From: Camelus ferus
Lineage: Eukaryota
NCBI RefSeq assembly: GCF_009834535.1
Contig: NC_045697.1
Span: forward strand, 8,372,001 to 8,436,000
Direction of reading: 5' to 3'
DNA: 64,000 nucleotides
The notes below the pieces were generated by a model. It did no database searches. It was not told the origin of the DNA and worked only from the letters and a program-made list of their open reading frames with translations. Made by a program: the position numbers and the translations under genes. Below, piece after piece: positions 26,261 through 38,555 of the stretch (positions within the stretch are counted from its first letter, which is position 1; the number at the start of each line of letters is the position of its first letter).

Positions 26261-26779
26261 AAACCTATGAGGTAGGTGCCACTGTAAGCATCATTGTACA
26301 GAAAAGAAAATGGAGTAACAGGGAAATGAAATTACCTGCCTGAGATCAGAATCGAACTCCAGAGTCTGTGTTCTCATCCATTCTGTCACACAGCCACTTG
26401 TGGAGAAATAGTGGAGTCCAATGGGAATGTTAATTTAACTGGGGAGAGTGGGAAGACAGGGAGGGCAGGGGCAAGGACAGCTTCCCAGGAACCAGAGTAA
26501 ATGGACCTGTCCCAAGAACAGAATCACAGAAGTGATTCAAGCTCAGAATATGTGTAGCCTCAGGAACTAGCAAACAGCACAGCACCTGGTACATTAAAGT
26601 GTTTAATAAATTAATATTTTGAGTTAATAAATAGATGAATGGGCTCCTTAAGCTAAAGTGGGGGGTCTGGGGTAGAGAATATTTTGCAACCTCAAACCTA
26701 AGAGGGCTAACTCTCCTTTATTGAAGGGTTCTCTGCCCCTGTCAGACTAAGAAGGAAGAGAAGATGATGGGTAGATGAT

Positions 26780-26990
26780 GATGGCTAATGTTTACTGAGT
26801 CATTGTAGCATCATACAAGTGCATTGTGGGACTTATCTCATTTATTCCACAACAACCCAATGATATGGGGGCTATTATCTCCATCCTACAGATTAGGAAA
26901 CTAAGGCTCCCAGAGTTATGTAATTTGCCCAGCAATTAGGTCAGCCAGTAATTAGGAGAGCCAATGGCCAAACCCAAGGCCTTCTAATTT
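26780..26990 (-). mobile_element. MIR SINE
   Basis: 'ctaatgtttactgag...acaacccaatg...attatctccatcctacagattaggaaactaaggctcccagagttatgtaatttgccc'. Confidence 0.85.
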
Positions 26991-29979
26991 AGATTAAGTC
27001 CTTCCTGCCTCAATTTGGATTGGCCAAGAAGCAACAGGGCGGACAGAGACAGCAAAGGGGAAGGGGAGGATGCTTACTTAACCCATTTACAGAGAACTGA
27101 GGAAAAAAGGGGCAGAGGAGTGGGATTGCAAGCTGGCAGGAACCTAATAACAAAACGCGAAATTACTGAGATGCCAACAAAAATCCTTTTCAAATTCTCC
27201 CTTTGCAAAAGCAGTTCCACTTGTACTTTGATCTTTGACCTGGACCCATACAATTAATTCCACATCATATTTCTGCATATTGCTCTCCAAGGAGAATCGA
27301 GTTTACACTTCCCCCCGATCCAAACCATAACAGTACTTAATTAGGTGATAATTTATGTAGTACTTAGCATGAACTTTTGGCACTTGCTGGAGAAAGCTGT
27401 ACAAGTGTACACATGTTATCACCTGACTACATCAAGTAACGGGGCCTGGGCATTGGTGAGGTGTCTTGGGCTTTACAAGGTATCAAATGACTTTTATAAC
27501 CCTGTAGTACCTGGCTTTCTAGTAGGCAGAACTGTCTCCAGTGTGTATTAATATACTGAATATTATGCCCACATGCACTTAAAACACTGATTCTGAGCAC
27601 TTCAAAACAACAAGGAGCCTAGAAAATCGGAGAAACAGATGTTGGATGAATAGTAGGCCTTCTCAGGGTCCATCATTCAACTTTAGGGAAATGGTGTGGC
27701 AGCAGAAGGGAATGGTTCAGACCTACTCAGGGGAAAATAAACGGGAACATTCTCTACTGGCAGACACGGCCCGGTGGTGATAAAGAGGCTCTGAACACTT
27801 GGCTCCAACCCTCGTGTCCCAGCCTTGCTGACGAGCCTGGCCTAGAAATGGTTCTTTTCTAGGCGCCCCATGAGGGCGAAGAAGGTCATGACAGTGTGGC
27901 CCCAACACGTTGCAGATGCCTACTTCAGCAATGCATGTTTGTCAAGAGAAGGGGAAGCCTGGAAGATGGCAGATGCCTGGACTTCAGAGAGCATGCAAGC
28001 TTGAGGTCAAGGCCCTGGCAAGACAGAATCAGGGAGACTGTCTTCCAGTAGTTCCTGATTCTTATTATGCTCATGAACGAAAGAAGAGAGAAACATGAAG
28101 GGATATGATTTTGGCTCCTGGGTGCTGCACTGCATCTGTCCTCTCTCTAAACTAGAATCAAATCATAAAGTACAGTCACAGACTTGGTCCTCTTTTGCTG
28201 ACTCTGGGGGAGAAACAAGATGGAAGAACACAGAACAAGGTCTGTATTCCATTATGAGCACCACTAGTTCGCTCCAGGCCCATGGTCCTCAGTGCATTAG
28301 ACACAGTAGCTCATGTCTGAGACCCTAAGGCAGAAGGAAATCCACAAAGATGGCTCATGCCATCAGTCAGGATCCACATACCCCATGACAGCTGTTCTCA
28401 GCAACTGCAGACCCCCTCCTTGAGTCCGTTCCCTTTCTGAGCCAGGTCCATTTGGCACACCATCCTTAGGTCCATCTAGCTTGGGCCTTGCTCCAGCTTT
28501 ATGGGTTGAGAATTTGACTTGCTTCCTGCAGATCTGACCTCTCTCCAGGCCCTAGGGAGCGCTGTTCCTGGCTCCCCCAACTCCTGCTTGCCTTGTGGAG
28601 CCCACCACATCCTTGCACTGGCTCCTCAGCTCATCTGGCTCTCTGCTGGGGACCACCCTCCAGAAGCAGAGCTGTGGTCAAAAGGAAAGCAAGAAGAGGC
28701 TTAAAAAAATTCAGTTACGAGATTAAAATAAACTGAACCCTCTTTCCCGTTCCTGGTATAGTTCAGTGAAAAATAGAAGTAATTTGTTCCTAGATATTAA
28801 CCCTACACGAATACTAGAAATCTAGTGTGGGTGTGAAATGCTATTGAAATCAAGTCTACAATAGTTTCACAAACCTATATGCTTTCCTCTCCAATAATTA
28901 TTTTAACACTGAAAATCACTAAGACATTGTTCCGGGTAATGTGAGGAAAACAAAGATGAATAATGTGTACTGTCTTTATGGAGTTTACAACTCAGCTCAA
29001 GAATTAAGATGTTAGTACTCTGGCTCCAGCAAATCTGAAATCACAGACAACTGGGATCTCTGGGCTGGAAGACTTCTCAAAGATCACCCAGTCCAACAGC
29101 CTAGTCTGCCTCTGCTCGAACAACCCATGACTTTTTAGTTCAAAACATTTCATCTTTGAACAACTCTGGATGTGGAATATTTTTTTTACATGAAATTGAA
29201 GTTTATCCATTTGGGACTTCTGCCAATATGTTTACACTGGAGTCTCTTAGGAAAATCTCTAAGTATTCTCTATGTCATGCTGAGCATCAATTATTAAAAA
29301 CGATTTGTCATCTCTACCCCTGTAAAAATTCTTCTCTTTTTCAGATGTGAGAATCATTTTTATGATACCTAGTTTTATGTCTCTTCATAATTATTCTGTT
29401 CACTTTTCTCTTAATTCTTTTCAAATCGCCTACCCTTTTGAGAATATGAAACAATGCCAATGTATGAGATGTGGTTTAATTAAAGCAGAGAGGAATTGAC
29501 TCTCACCTCTTTTTTCCTAAGGACTATATTTTAGTGAGGCAGCATTCAGTATTTTGAGAGCCATATCATACATATGGCCCTTCACAGCAACTTAAATCCT
29601 TAAAAGTGACCAGCGATGACGTGATTCATTTATCTCTATGGTTGGTTTGGAGAAGCCAACCGTTTACCACAGAATAATGTACCTTGAGCCCACTTCTCCA
29701 GCTCGTCTTACTAATCCTGGATCCCCATTCTCTCATCTACCCTTCCAATCTAGGCCATTCCCTTCCGTCAGATCTGGTGAACCTATGTGTTTAGCAGATT
29801 TCCTACTGTTGATGTAAATGTTTGTGAAGACAGGGCTAAGGACAAAGCCCCAGGGCACAGTGCAAGAAAATTCCCTCTGCTCTGGAAAAAATTTTGCCAG
29901 AATCCACCCCCTTCATACCACCAGCACCTCCACCACCCTCATCCAAGCTATCATCATCTTTCAACAGGATTAATGCGAA

Positions 29980-30623
29980 GGGAAAGCAAAACCCTTTCCC
30001 CTGCCTCCGCCCTTGCTCCCCACCCCCCACAGTCTATACTCAACACTACACCAGAGAGATCCTGTTAACACTGAGCCAGATCATACACTCTTCTGCTGTC
30101 AATCTTCTAACAGTCTCCCTTCTCAATCTCAGTAAGAGTCAAACTTTTCAACAGCTGGCTAAGGACACCATTCAGCCTCTCCCACCTCACTACTACCATG
30201 CTCATCTTCAAGGACTCAGCTCAGACAGACTGGACTCCGTGCTGATCCCCACACACACCAGGCAAGCTCTGTCCTTGGGGCCTTTGCACTTGCCCTTCCC
30301 TCTGGTCCTTCCACCAGATCCATGGGTCACTCCCTCACCATGTCAAGTCCTTTCAATGCCCCCTGTTCACTGTCAATGACTCTGGCCAACCTACGAACAC
30401 TCTCCTGGCACACCCTGTCCCTGTTCCCTGCTTCACTTCTCTCCGTAGCTCATATCAATATCACCTTCTAACATAAAATCTAGCTCACATATTTTTCATG
30501 GTTGTTGACTACCTTGACTAGAATGTGAAATACTGAGGTGGGTTTTTACTGATGTCTCTCCAGTGCCCTGTGGCACCTGACCTGGGGTAGTTATCCAACA
30601 CGTGTTTGTTGAATGAATGAATG
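29980..30623 (+). mobile_element. L2 LINE 3' portion
   Basis: 'cagtctatactcaacactacaccagagagatcctgttaa', 'gggcctttgcacttgc', tail 'gtttgttgaatgaatgaatga'. Explains ORF 29894-30379. Confidence 0.85.
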
Positions 30624-31034
30624 ACCCACTAGTGAGATGACCTAGTCGCTTACTTGTATTGACAGGTTTCCTTATGCCTTTGTTTAGGGAGCAGGAGCAT
30701 TCTTGGGCTGTGTGGGTTGACTACAAGGGAGTATTAAATAAGGATTTTTTAAACCTTGGGGCACTGGCTGACTCTTATACAGATTCTCTTTTTGCTTTTA
30801 AGTTTTCTTTTTCTTACTTTGATGAAACTACTACCGGTTTTGGGTAACCACAGAAACAGAGCTATGGCTGGTATTTCATAGTTTATGTAGCTGATATTAC
30901 GTGATTTTCCCTACCCTGATATGTTTCTGGTAACTCGACTTTTTTCTCCTCTAAGAAGATGGCAGAAGAGCTTCTCTCCCTCCCTCATTTTCCTCCTCTC
31001 TTCCCTCCCTCCATCTCTCTCTTCCTCTGTCACT

Positions 31035-31036
<2 letters not shown>

Positions 31037-31075
<39 letters not shown>
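31037..31075 (+). repeat. (CA)n microsatellite preceded by a pyrimidine tract
   Basis: Directly visible. Confidence 0.97.
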
Positions 31076-31077
<2 letters not shown>

Positions 31078-32274
31078 CTGCAGATATGCCAAACAGCATT
31101 TCTGAATGTGGTCATTCTGCCAACAATTTTTCTGCATAGGTGTATTACCATCCCTTTCTCGAATGCACTTCATCCACTTCAGATGGGAGAATAACACGAA
31201 GACCCAAAGCCAATGCTCCGTTTCAGAACACCCGCTATGTTCCCTTCAAAACAGTCCAGTGAGCCCATCAAACAGGGAAGTGAGATGAATTCAATGTGAT
31301 CTCTTTTATAAAACAATTTTGTTTTCCAGAGAGATGGTGTGGGTGCTTGTCAGCAGACATTTTATGTTACCATTTGTTAATTTGTAAATTCTGAATGAGA
31401 CACGGCATCTGTCTAAGCCTCAGGTAAACAGGATTAATATCAACTATTTGTGCCAGGCTGTGTGCTAGATGCCAGTGATTAAAAAAAATCCTAGTCCTTT
31501 CCCTCACAGGGTCCAATTAGAGCAGAGAAGGCAGGACAGAGCACAGATACACCGAGTGGTAACAGTTCTGATCGGGGTATTTAGGAGTTAGAGGGATGGA
31601 AAGGAGGGGAACACCCAGGTCTGGTTGAGTATGAAATCAGGAGCGGGCAAATACTGAGAGAGACTTTACAGGAAATGATGTGAGCAGAGAGATGATTTAG
31701 AGAGTTCACTCTAGCAGGAAAGCGAAGGACGCACTTAAGGTTGGCAAGGAGCGGGGAAGTCTCAAAGCAGGGTCTCAAAGCATTTTCTCAGACTCAGAGT
31801 TGCACGTCTATCCTTAAGCCATGCAAGTAGCCCTCTTCTCATTAGCTCTCCCATCATGGCTGAAATGACCACCTTCCACCCTCAGCCCCAGCCCAGGAAA
31901 GCTGCAGACACAGACGTCCATTATGGGCTATCGCCTACACCCCCAAATCCCACCCACAGACTTAGAGGCTTACCTTCCCTCAATGGCCTCATTAACCAGG
32001 CAGCACCTTGGAGAAGGCAAAGGAAAGGCCTCAGGCCAAATGTGTCCTGTACTTCATTCACTGAAATTTCATTTGTACATCAATTAAACCAGAGACCTAG
32101 AACCCCACAAGGAACAAAGATGGCCTTATTTCCCATGCCTTCTGAATGACTGTCAATGTAAGTCTTTGTGCTGTCTACCCAAAAGGTCTCAGAGCCTGGA
32201 GATGTCGCCATAGGCTTTTAATCTCCGTTTAAGAGCCAGCAACTGATTTAGGATAGAAGTTACAAGCAGGAGAC

Positions 32275-32490
32275 TCATAATCAGGCATCTGGGCTTCAAG
32301 TTCCAGATCCACCACTTACTAGCTAAACGACGCAAGACAGATAGCTCAGCCTTCCTGGACATCACTGTCATTGTATGAAATCAGAGGGCAATGATGGTAC
32401 CTACCCCACAGATGGTTCAAATTGTACATAACATTGCATCCTGCCTGAAACATAGGAAATGCTCGATGAATATTAGCTAGTATTATTTAT
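32275..32490 (+). mobile_element. MIR SINE
   Basis: 'ccaccacttactagcta...atggtacctaccccacag...gctcgatgaatattagctagtattatt'. Confidence 0.75.
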
Positions 32491-33394
32491 TTTATTTATT
32501 AGTTTATATTATTTGTTTCATTATTTATTAATTTTATATTTAATAGCTACTTTTTAAAAAATTACATATATCCCCTATTCTGGAGACTGTGCTGGATTTG
32601 AGAATTACAAAGAGAAGTGAGTTACTGTCCTTCCCCCCAAGTAGTTCAGAGTCCAGATGGTACAGTACCAGCCACGATCAGGAGCAGGAAGCAGATGACA
32701 CGTCCAGGAGGATTTGTGAGCAGACTTTGGAAAAGAAACCATTTATAGCAGTATGGTCAGGGCTGAAGAAAAGCACCCAGAGACTAACAACAGCAGGCAA
32801 CTGTAACCACACATATGATTGAAGGGGCAGGAGAAGAAACAGTGATGCTGGAGGGAGCCCGGCTGAGAACAGAGCCCTGCAAAGGGGTCATCTGACACCG
32901 CCAGAAGCATCCTGAATCAGGGAGGGAGGGAAAGAAAGAAACGCATCAACCTCCATCTTTTCCTTGCTCTCCTATCTCCTCTCTGTGCCTCGCACTGTCT
33001 GAACTCAACCAGAAGGCAGAAAGCAAAGGAGCCTTGGTCGAGCAACTCTTAGAGACGACTTCCTGGGGCAGGGAAGAGGGAAAGGAGGGGGAGTGTATAC
33101 AGTTAAGGGCGACAGAGACTCACTGGCACAGGAAACAAACCACAGTCATTTTACTAGACAGCAGTGCTTGTGCCAATTTTGCATAAATCACCTCTTAAGA
33201 GTCAAAACAAAACTGAGAGTAAGGTATGTATTTTTCCCCACACTTCTCAGAAGAAGCTGAGGCTTCAGGAGATCAAGCGGCTTTTCCAGCTCTACACTGT
33301 CTAGTCTAGTCTTGCTACTTGCCATACAGCAGGTGCACTTTCCATTAGGCTATAATGCCCCTTTCATCAATTAAACAAATAGTTACTGAGTTCC

Positions 33395-33776
33395 ATAGCA
33401 GAGACAGTCACATTCACCAAATATTGAGTCTTCTCCCTATATTTTCCATCCTCTGCACAGTTAGGTGTAACCATGAAGCTGGTTACGCCCAATAAATCAT
33501 GAGTGGAAGTTACATGTATCAGTTCCACATGAAACGGCTACGCATAAATCTTGAGTCTCTCTCTTTCTTCCACTGACATGGCACTGAGGAGCTTATGAAT
33601 TCTAGATCATACAGCTAGGAGATGCACAAGCCTACTTCATCCTGAGTCCCTAAGTGACTATGTGGAGAAGTGCCTAATGACACATTAACAAAAATGAGAC
33701 ATAAACTATTCTGTTAAGTCACTGAAATTTGGGTCGTTTGTTACTCAGCATTTCCTAGTCCCTCCTGACTAATATA
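33395..33776 (+). mobile_element. MaLR (MLT1J-like) solo LTR
   Basis: 'gttaggtgtaaccatg', 'ctgttaagtcactgaaatttgggtcgtttgttactcagcat...cctgactaata'. Confidence 0.75.
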
Positions 33777-34332
33777 TGTGCTAACTTTATGCCAACCTTT
33801 TTGTTTGTGCAGAGAGCACAATGGTAAACAATATCCCTTCCTACTCTTGGAGTTTCAGTTGACCCCATATAGTAATTTCCTACAGCACTGGGTAGATAAG
33901 GAAGAAATTATTCTGCAGGGAGTGAAAGGAATAATAAGACAGTTTAGCTGTCTTGAAGAACAAGTGGAACTTTGTTAGCAGACAAGGGACAGAGGTGAAT
34001 TTTCTGGAAGAGAAATGGAACTGCAAATGAATGGAGATTTGCAAAGTCAGGTGGTAAGAAGCTGAAACATCCCACCATTGAAGGGAATCTGAAAGTATAT
34101 CAAGCTCTTAAATGATGGGGTCTAGATTACCCAATTGGGACCAGAGGGGAAAATGGAAAAAATGAAATGAAATGAAATAAAATAAAGTAAAATGAAAAAA
34201 GAAGCTATTAAAGAACTGAATCGATTCTACTACAGAACCAAAGACTTCTATGTTATCATATGGAAACCTAGAAATTGAAAGTGGGATTTGAGTGTGTTGA
34301 ACTACACAAGCTGCTTCGAGGGTTTGCTGTTA

Positions 34333-34377
34333 GCAGTAGCAGAATAGTGGCGGCAGTAGCAGAATAGTGGCGGCAGT
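34333..34377 (+). repeat. perfect 20-bp tandem duplication
   Basis: gcagtagcagaatagtggcg x2 plus a partial copy. Confidence 0.9.
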
Positions 34378-34539
34378 GGTGGCTTTCTCCATAGAAGAAG
34401 CAGCAGTAACAGCACTGACCGTGTGCCTGCATGTCATAAAAGACTTATGTGCATTATTATTGTTTGTTCATTTAACAAGCTACGGGTCAAACATCATTGC
34501 AATCACTTTCAAAATTATTGTGATTCAATTTTCTTAAAA

Positions 34540-34900
34540 ACCCTAAAAGGAAGGTATTATTATTATTTTTTTAAATTTTTGTTTCCCTTTTGCAGATAAA
34601 AGAAAGTAGGACACAGAGAGGTTAAGTAACTTACCCAAGGTCACACAGCTAGAAAGTAGCAGAGCTGGTCCCAGGCAGTTTAACTTTAGACCTCATGCTT
34701 TCCTGAGCGTGTTGCTTTATGATTTCATTAAATCCTCACCATCAACCTGAGACAGGCATATTACAGTTGTTGTTATTATTATTCCCCCATTTTACAGATG
34801 AACAAATGTGTTCAAAGAGCACTGTCTTTGCTAGCATCCTATAACTAGTTTATGTCAGAACCCAACCGCAAGACAGACCTACAGATTCCAGGGCCCATGC
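34540..34900 (-). mobile_element. two tandem MIR fragments
   Basis: 'cacagagaggttaagtaacttacccaaggtcacacagctagaaagt' and 'ccccattttacagatgaacaaa'. Confidence 0.85.
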
Positions 34901-37003
34901 CCTTAGGTGGCCCTCTAAGTGAGTGTTCAGCCTTTCAGGGTTTTGACCATGTCACACAAACCCATGGGTGCCTAAATCTACTTCCAAAAGACTTGGCTTA
35001 CTGAGGTGAGAATTTCAGTTGATAAAAATCCATGAATCAACAAAAGCCACTGAATATCTATACCTCATAAAACATAAATGAGATGAATATCAGGCCATAT
35101 AATAAACTGTCCCTGACTCAAGGATCTCACACTCAGCTGGAAGCAAGGCGTACTCTCTCACATAGCAAAACCACCACACACGTAATATGGAGCAGTGGGT
35201 GACAGATGGGGAAGAATTACAGAAACGTCAGAAAGGGCCCCAGGTTGAGAACAAGGAGGATGAATGGGGCACTGGTTAAGGAGACGGATTTTAATGGATG
35301 GAGAAGAGACCATGGGTCACTAAGGCTCTGAGTCCAGGGCAGAAGACGAAGAGGGCAGGCTTGTTTGAAGCAGCAGGACACAGGTGATAGGATGGGTGCG
35401 GGTCGGTATGGACAACCCAGAATTCCAAGCTAATGTGACTCTGCTCTGTGACAAGTCAATCTATTAAAGAGATACAGGCTTGATCCAATGGGACTTGGTG
35501 CAGACCCCGGTGTGAGGTCACAGCCTGGTCTGCAGCCTCGTGGAAACACTGCCTAGATGGAGAATCTCTATATTGTGTCAGTTATTCTGCCATCAGAATA
35601 GCTCATCTGTGAGCCAGCAACACCCAGGCCTTAAGGAGTGAGGGAGAAACAAACATCGCTTTGGCATTAGGGGGAGAGAAGAGAACAGAGAGAAAGAAAG
35701 AGCTCAGAACCGAGATAAAGCCCAGGTTATATCTGCTCATGATCAACCCAACCAAAATTTAACCTTAAAAGAAAGTTGCTCTCGAAAAGCAAGTTAGTAT
35801 TATTGAATTGCTCCATTACCATCAGGACTTTTTCATTTTTAAGCACATGGGTGGCCGCCTCCACACTGAACTATTCACAGCCAGGGAAAACACCCCCAAA
35901 ATCATTTTCCAGGGCATCTGTGCCCTCATGAAGGCCACGATGTTTTAATTGAGTTGGACTGAATTTCTATGGATGGAGCAGAAATAGTGCATTTTCAAGA
36001 ACAAATAATCCTATAAGTTTGTAGGAGGGGCATCTTTTTTGGCACAAATAGGCAGAAGGCATCTGCATTTCCCTGCAGCAGGCGTTCTCACCTGGAACAA
36101 GACCAGGACTAGCAAAAGTGCATGCTGTTTCTTTCTGACTCCCTCGGAGGACCTTGGAGGAAATGTGTCTGGAAAAGTCCTGCTGGATAGGAGACATGCA
36201 GGGAGGTTTGCCAGATGGGGGGCCTCCAGGAGAAGCCAGCAGATGCTGGTCCAGCCTCACTGAGTCCTCGGTTTCCTGGTCAGCTTCTCAGTGCTATCTA
36301 CACACTTCACTCCTGGTCATTTGTGTCTGCTGAATCCACCCACTCTCCAGGAGCTGGACACACAGAAGGGTCAATGCAAGAAGAATCAAAGAGCAGTGGG
36401 CTTTTGCCGGCACACAAAGGCTTCTGGAGACCTTTGCCGGGTGACCCCATCACAGTACCTTAGGGCAGAGAGGGAGCTGGGCTGTGAGGAGATGAGAATT
36501 CTGGCTTGGCTTCTCCACTCCTGGTCTGTGGATCCTGGAGTAACTCATTTCACCTTTTTACACCTCGGTTTCTTCTGCTGTGTGACGTCGAAGGCTCTTC
36601 CCAGCTCTGAACTCCTGTTTTGGGAGCCCTCTGTGGGCATTCAGGTCTCCCTACAATAAGATCACAATCTACCTGCCCCTGCTCTAACATCGTACAGATG
36701 TGCCTCCCCTCCCCAACCCCATACCTTGGTTTGTTTCCCTGACTCTTTTTGCCACAAACTCACACTGGACTTTTCACCTTGGGAGCAAGTTCCCCTCTAT
36801 CTCCCTAAAGCTAACTTTCTCCTCAAGTCTTCTGCTGGCCAGGCATCAGTAGCTGGGGGCCAGCAGGGAGGGGAAAATTCTACTAGGCCCAGAGACCCTT
36901 AAGTGTGGTCTTACACAGTGTTGCATCCCCGGTGCCCAGGAACAAACTTGGCACATTGTATTTATGAAGTCATACGGAGATCCCCTCCCTAGGGCTTTTA
37001 AGC

Positions 37004-37133
37004 ATGTCAGGTCTTAGACATGCCTGAGGGTGTCTAATGAAAGCCAGGGAAGGGCCTCTTCCCACAAAGATACCCATGCAGAACTGGCGAGGCCAGCTCG
37101 GCGGGCCCAAACCATGATGCACAAAGAGCACAG
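37004..37133 (+). repeat. left arm of local inverted duplication
   Basis: Reverse complement of 38187-38303; the ~65-nt core differs at about 5 positions by manual count. Confidence 0.92.
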
Positions 37134-37249
37134 CTGGCTGTTATGGGGTTCAGACCATTCCCGTCACCAGAAATCCAGAGATTTAAAACTTCAAGTCAGT
37201 GCAGAGCCAGATAAGGTGGTGTCTGTATCTGCTGTGTTTCTATCCTGCT

Positions 37250-37745
37250 TCCTTTTTGGGGGAAACTGTCCTTTCCTGCTCAGTGTGATCCTAACAGAGC
37301 TGTCAATCACACGACTTCACCTTTCCAGCTGCAGGAGGCAGAGCCATGATTGGCCAAGACTGGAAACAATGACAAATCTGGGAGGACCTAAGATGGGCCA
37401 ATTAGAATAATTTTAGAAGATTGATATAGATGCTGGAAAGAGACAAATGCAGTTTACTCTCTGGAATTGCTAGCAGTTGAAACGTTATAGGCTTACAGCG
37501 ATCAGAAATGATCTTTGCCACCTTGGGGAAAAGAGTGAATCCAAACATGAGGTTAACACAGAAAACTCAGAGCCAAGAAGCAGAGGGACAGAGTCTTTCT
37601 GATCTAATCTGCATCCTTCAATGCAGCCATGATGTCTGTTTTCTAAGTCTTCAATTTCCTATCACTGTCTTCCTCATTGTTACTATTTGTTTAAGCTAAT
37701 TTGAATGGTTTCTGTCACTTGCAACCCAGAGAGCCCTGCCTGATG
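37250..37745 (+). mobile_element. MaLR (MLT1K-like) solo LTR
   Basis: 'gagctgtcaatcac...gagccatgattggccaa' and end 'tttgtttaagctaatttgaatggtttctgtcacttgcaacccagagagccctgcctgat'. Confidence 0.75.
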
Positions 37746-38099
37746 TAAGAGTGCTAACCCACACTGGCAGAGAGCCCTGGTCTGGAGGGGCTGGGATCCT
37801 AACAAGGGAACTGCAGAGAAACAAATCCAAGGGGGAAAAAAAAAAACAACAGGCAGAAGCCTGGTGGGACAAAATGACCCAACCAGAAGGGAAAGAGGGG
37901 CTGCAATGCAGAGGTGCCAGCTGTCAGACTCCTGCTCCGCCACAGCAGGCGGGCTGGAGGGGAGACTGGGCAGAGGGCACCCGGCAGCCGTGGTGCAGCC
38001 CGCAGGTCTCCCCTGACAGGAAAAGCAGCTGCCAGCTCACTGACAGGACTGGCCCTGGGGCTTTTCATGCACTCTCATTTAATCACTGTCATGAAACTT

Positions 38100-38555
38100 T
38101 ACAGTATTTTATATACATAAATTACATATATAATACATATAAATACTTTGAAGTATTTTACATATATATAAATTACATATATATATCTGTGCTCTTTGGA
38201 CATGGTTTGGGCCCACCTAGCTGGCCTCACCAGTTCTGCATGGGTATCTTTGTGGAAAGAGGCTCTTTCAGTTAGACCCTCAAGCATGTCCAGGACCTGA
38301 CATATTTTAACATATGCATACATTTACATGTATATAAGTTAAATATATAATTATATATATACATATGTATCTAGATATATCTCCATTGTGATGTGTCTGT
38401 ATCATGTGTACATGTATAAATTATACATGTGTATATATTGTGATGTATATATATACACACACCATATGTGATATGTATATATACTTTATATCATATATAT
38501 CACATATGATATGTATCATATCATATATGTATGTATGTATGTATGTATGTATATC
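38100..38555. repeat. TA/TG-rich low-complexity tract, interrupted by the inverted copy
   Basis: Directly visible (TA)n, (TATG)n. Confidence 0.9.
38187..38303 (-). repeat. right arm of local inverted duplication
   Basis: Reverse-complement match to 37004-37133; flanked on both sides by TA-rich simple sequence. Confidence 0.92.

Noticed and set aside
29894..30379. 161-aa proline-rich ORF
   Set aside because: Non-ATG start; lies in a low-complexity tract plus L2 remnant.
37751..38275. 174-aa ORF between the inverted arms
   Set aside because: Non-ATG start; crosses a poly-A run and TA microsatellite; chance ORF.
37004..38303. Inverted arms as TIRs of a DNA transposon
   Set aside because: No TSD or transposase; the spacer contains an LTR that looks far older than the arm divergence. 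Kept instead as a local inverted duplication.
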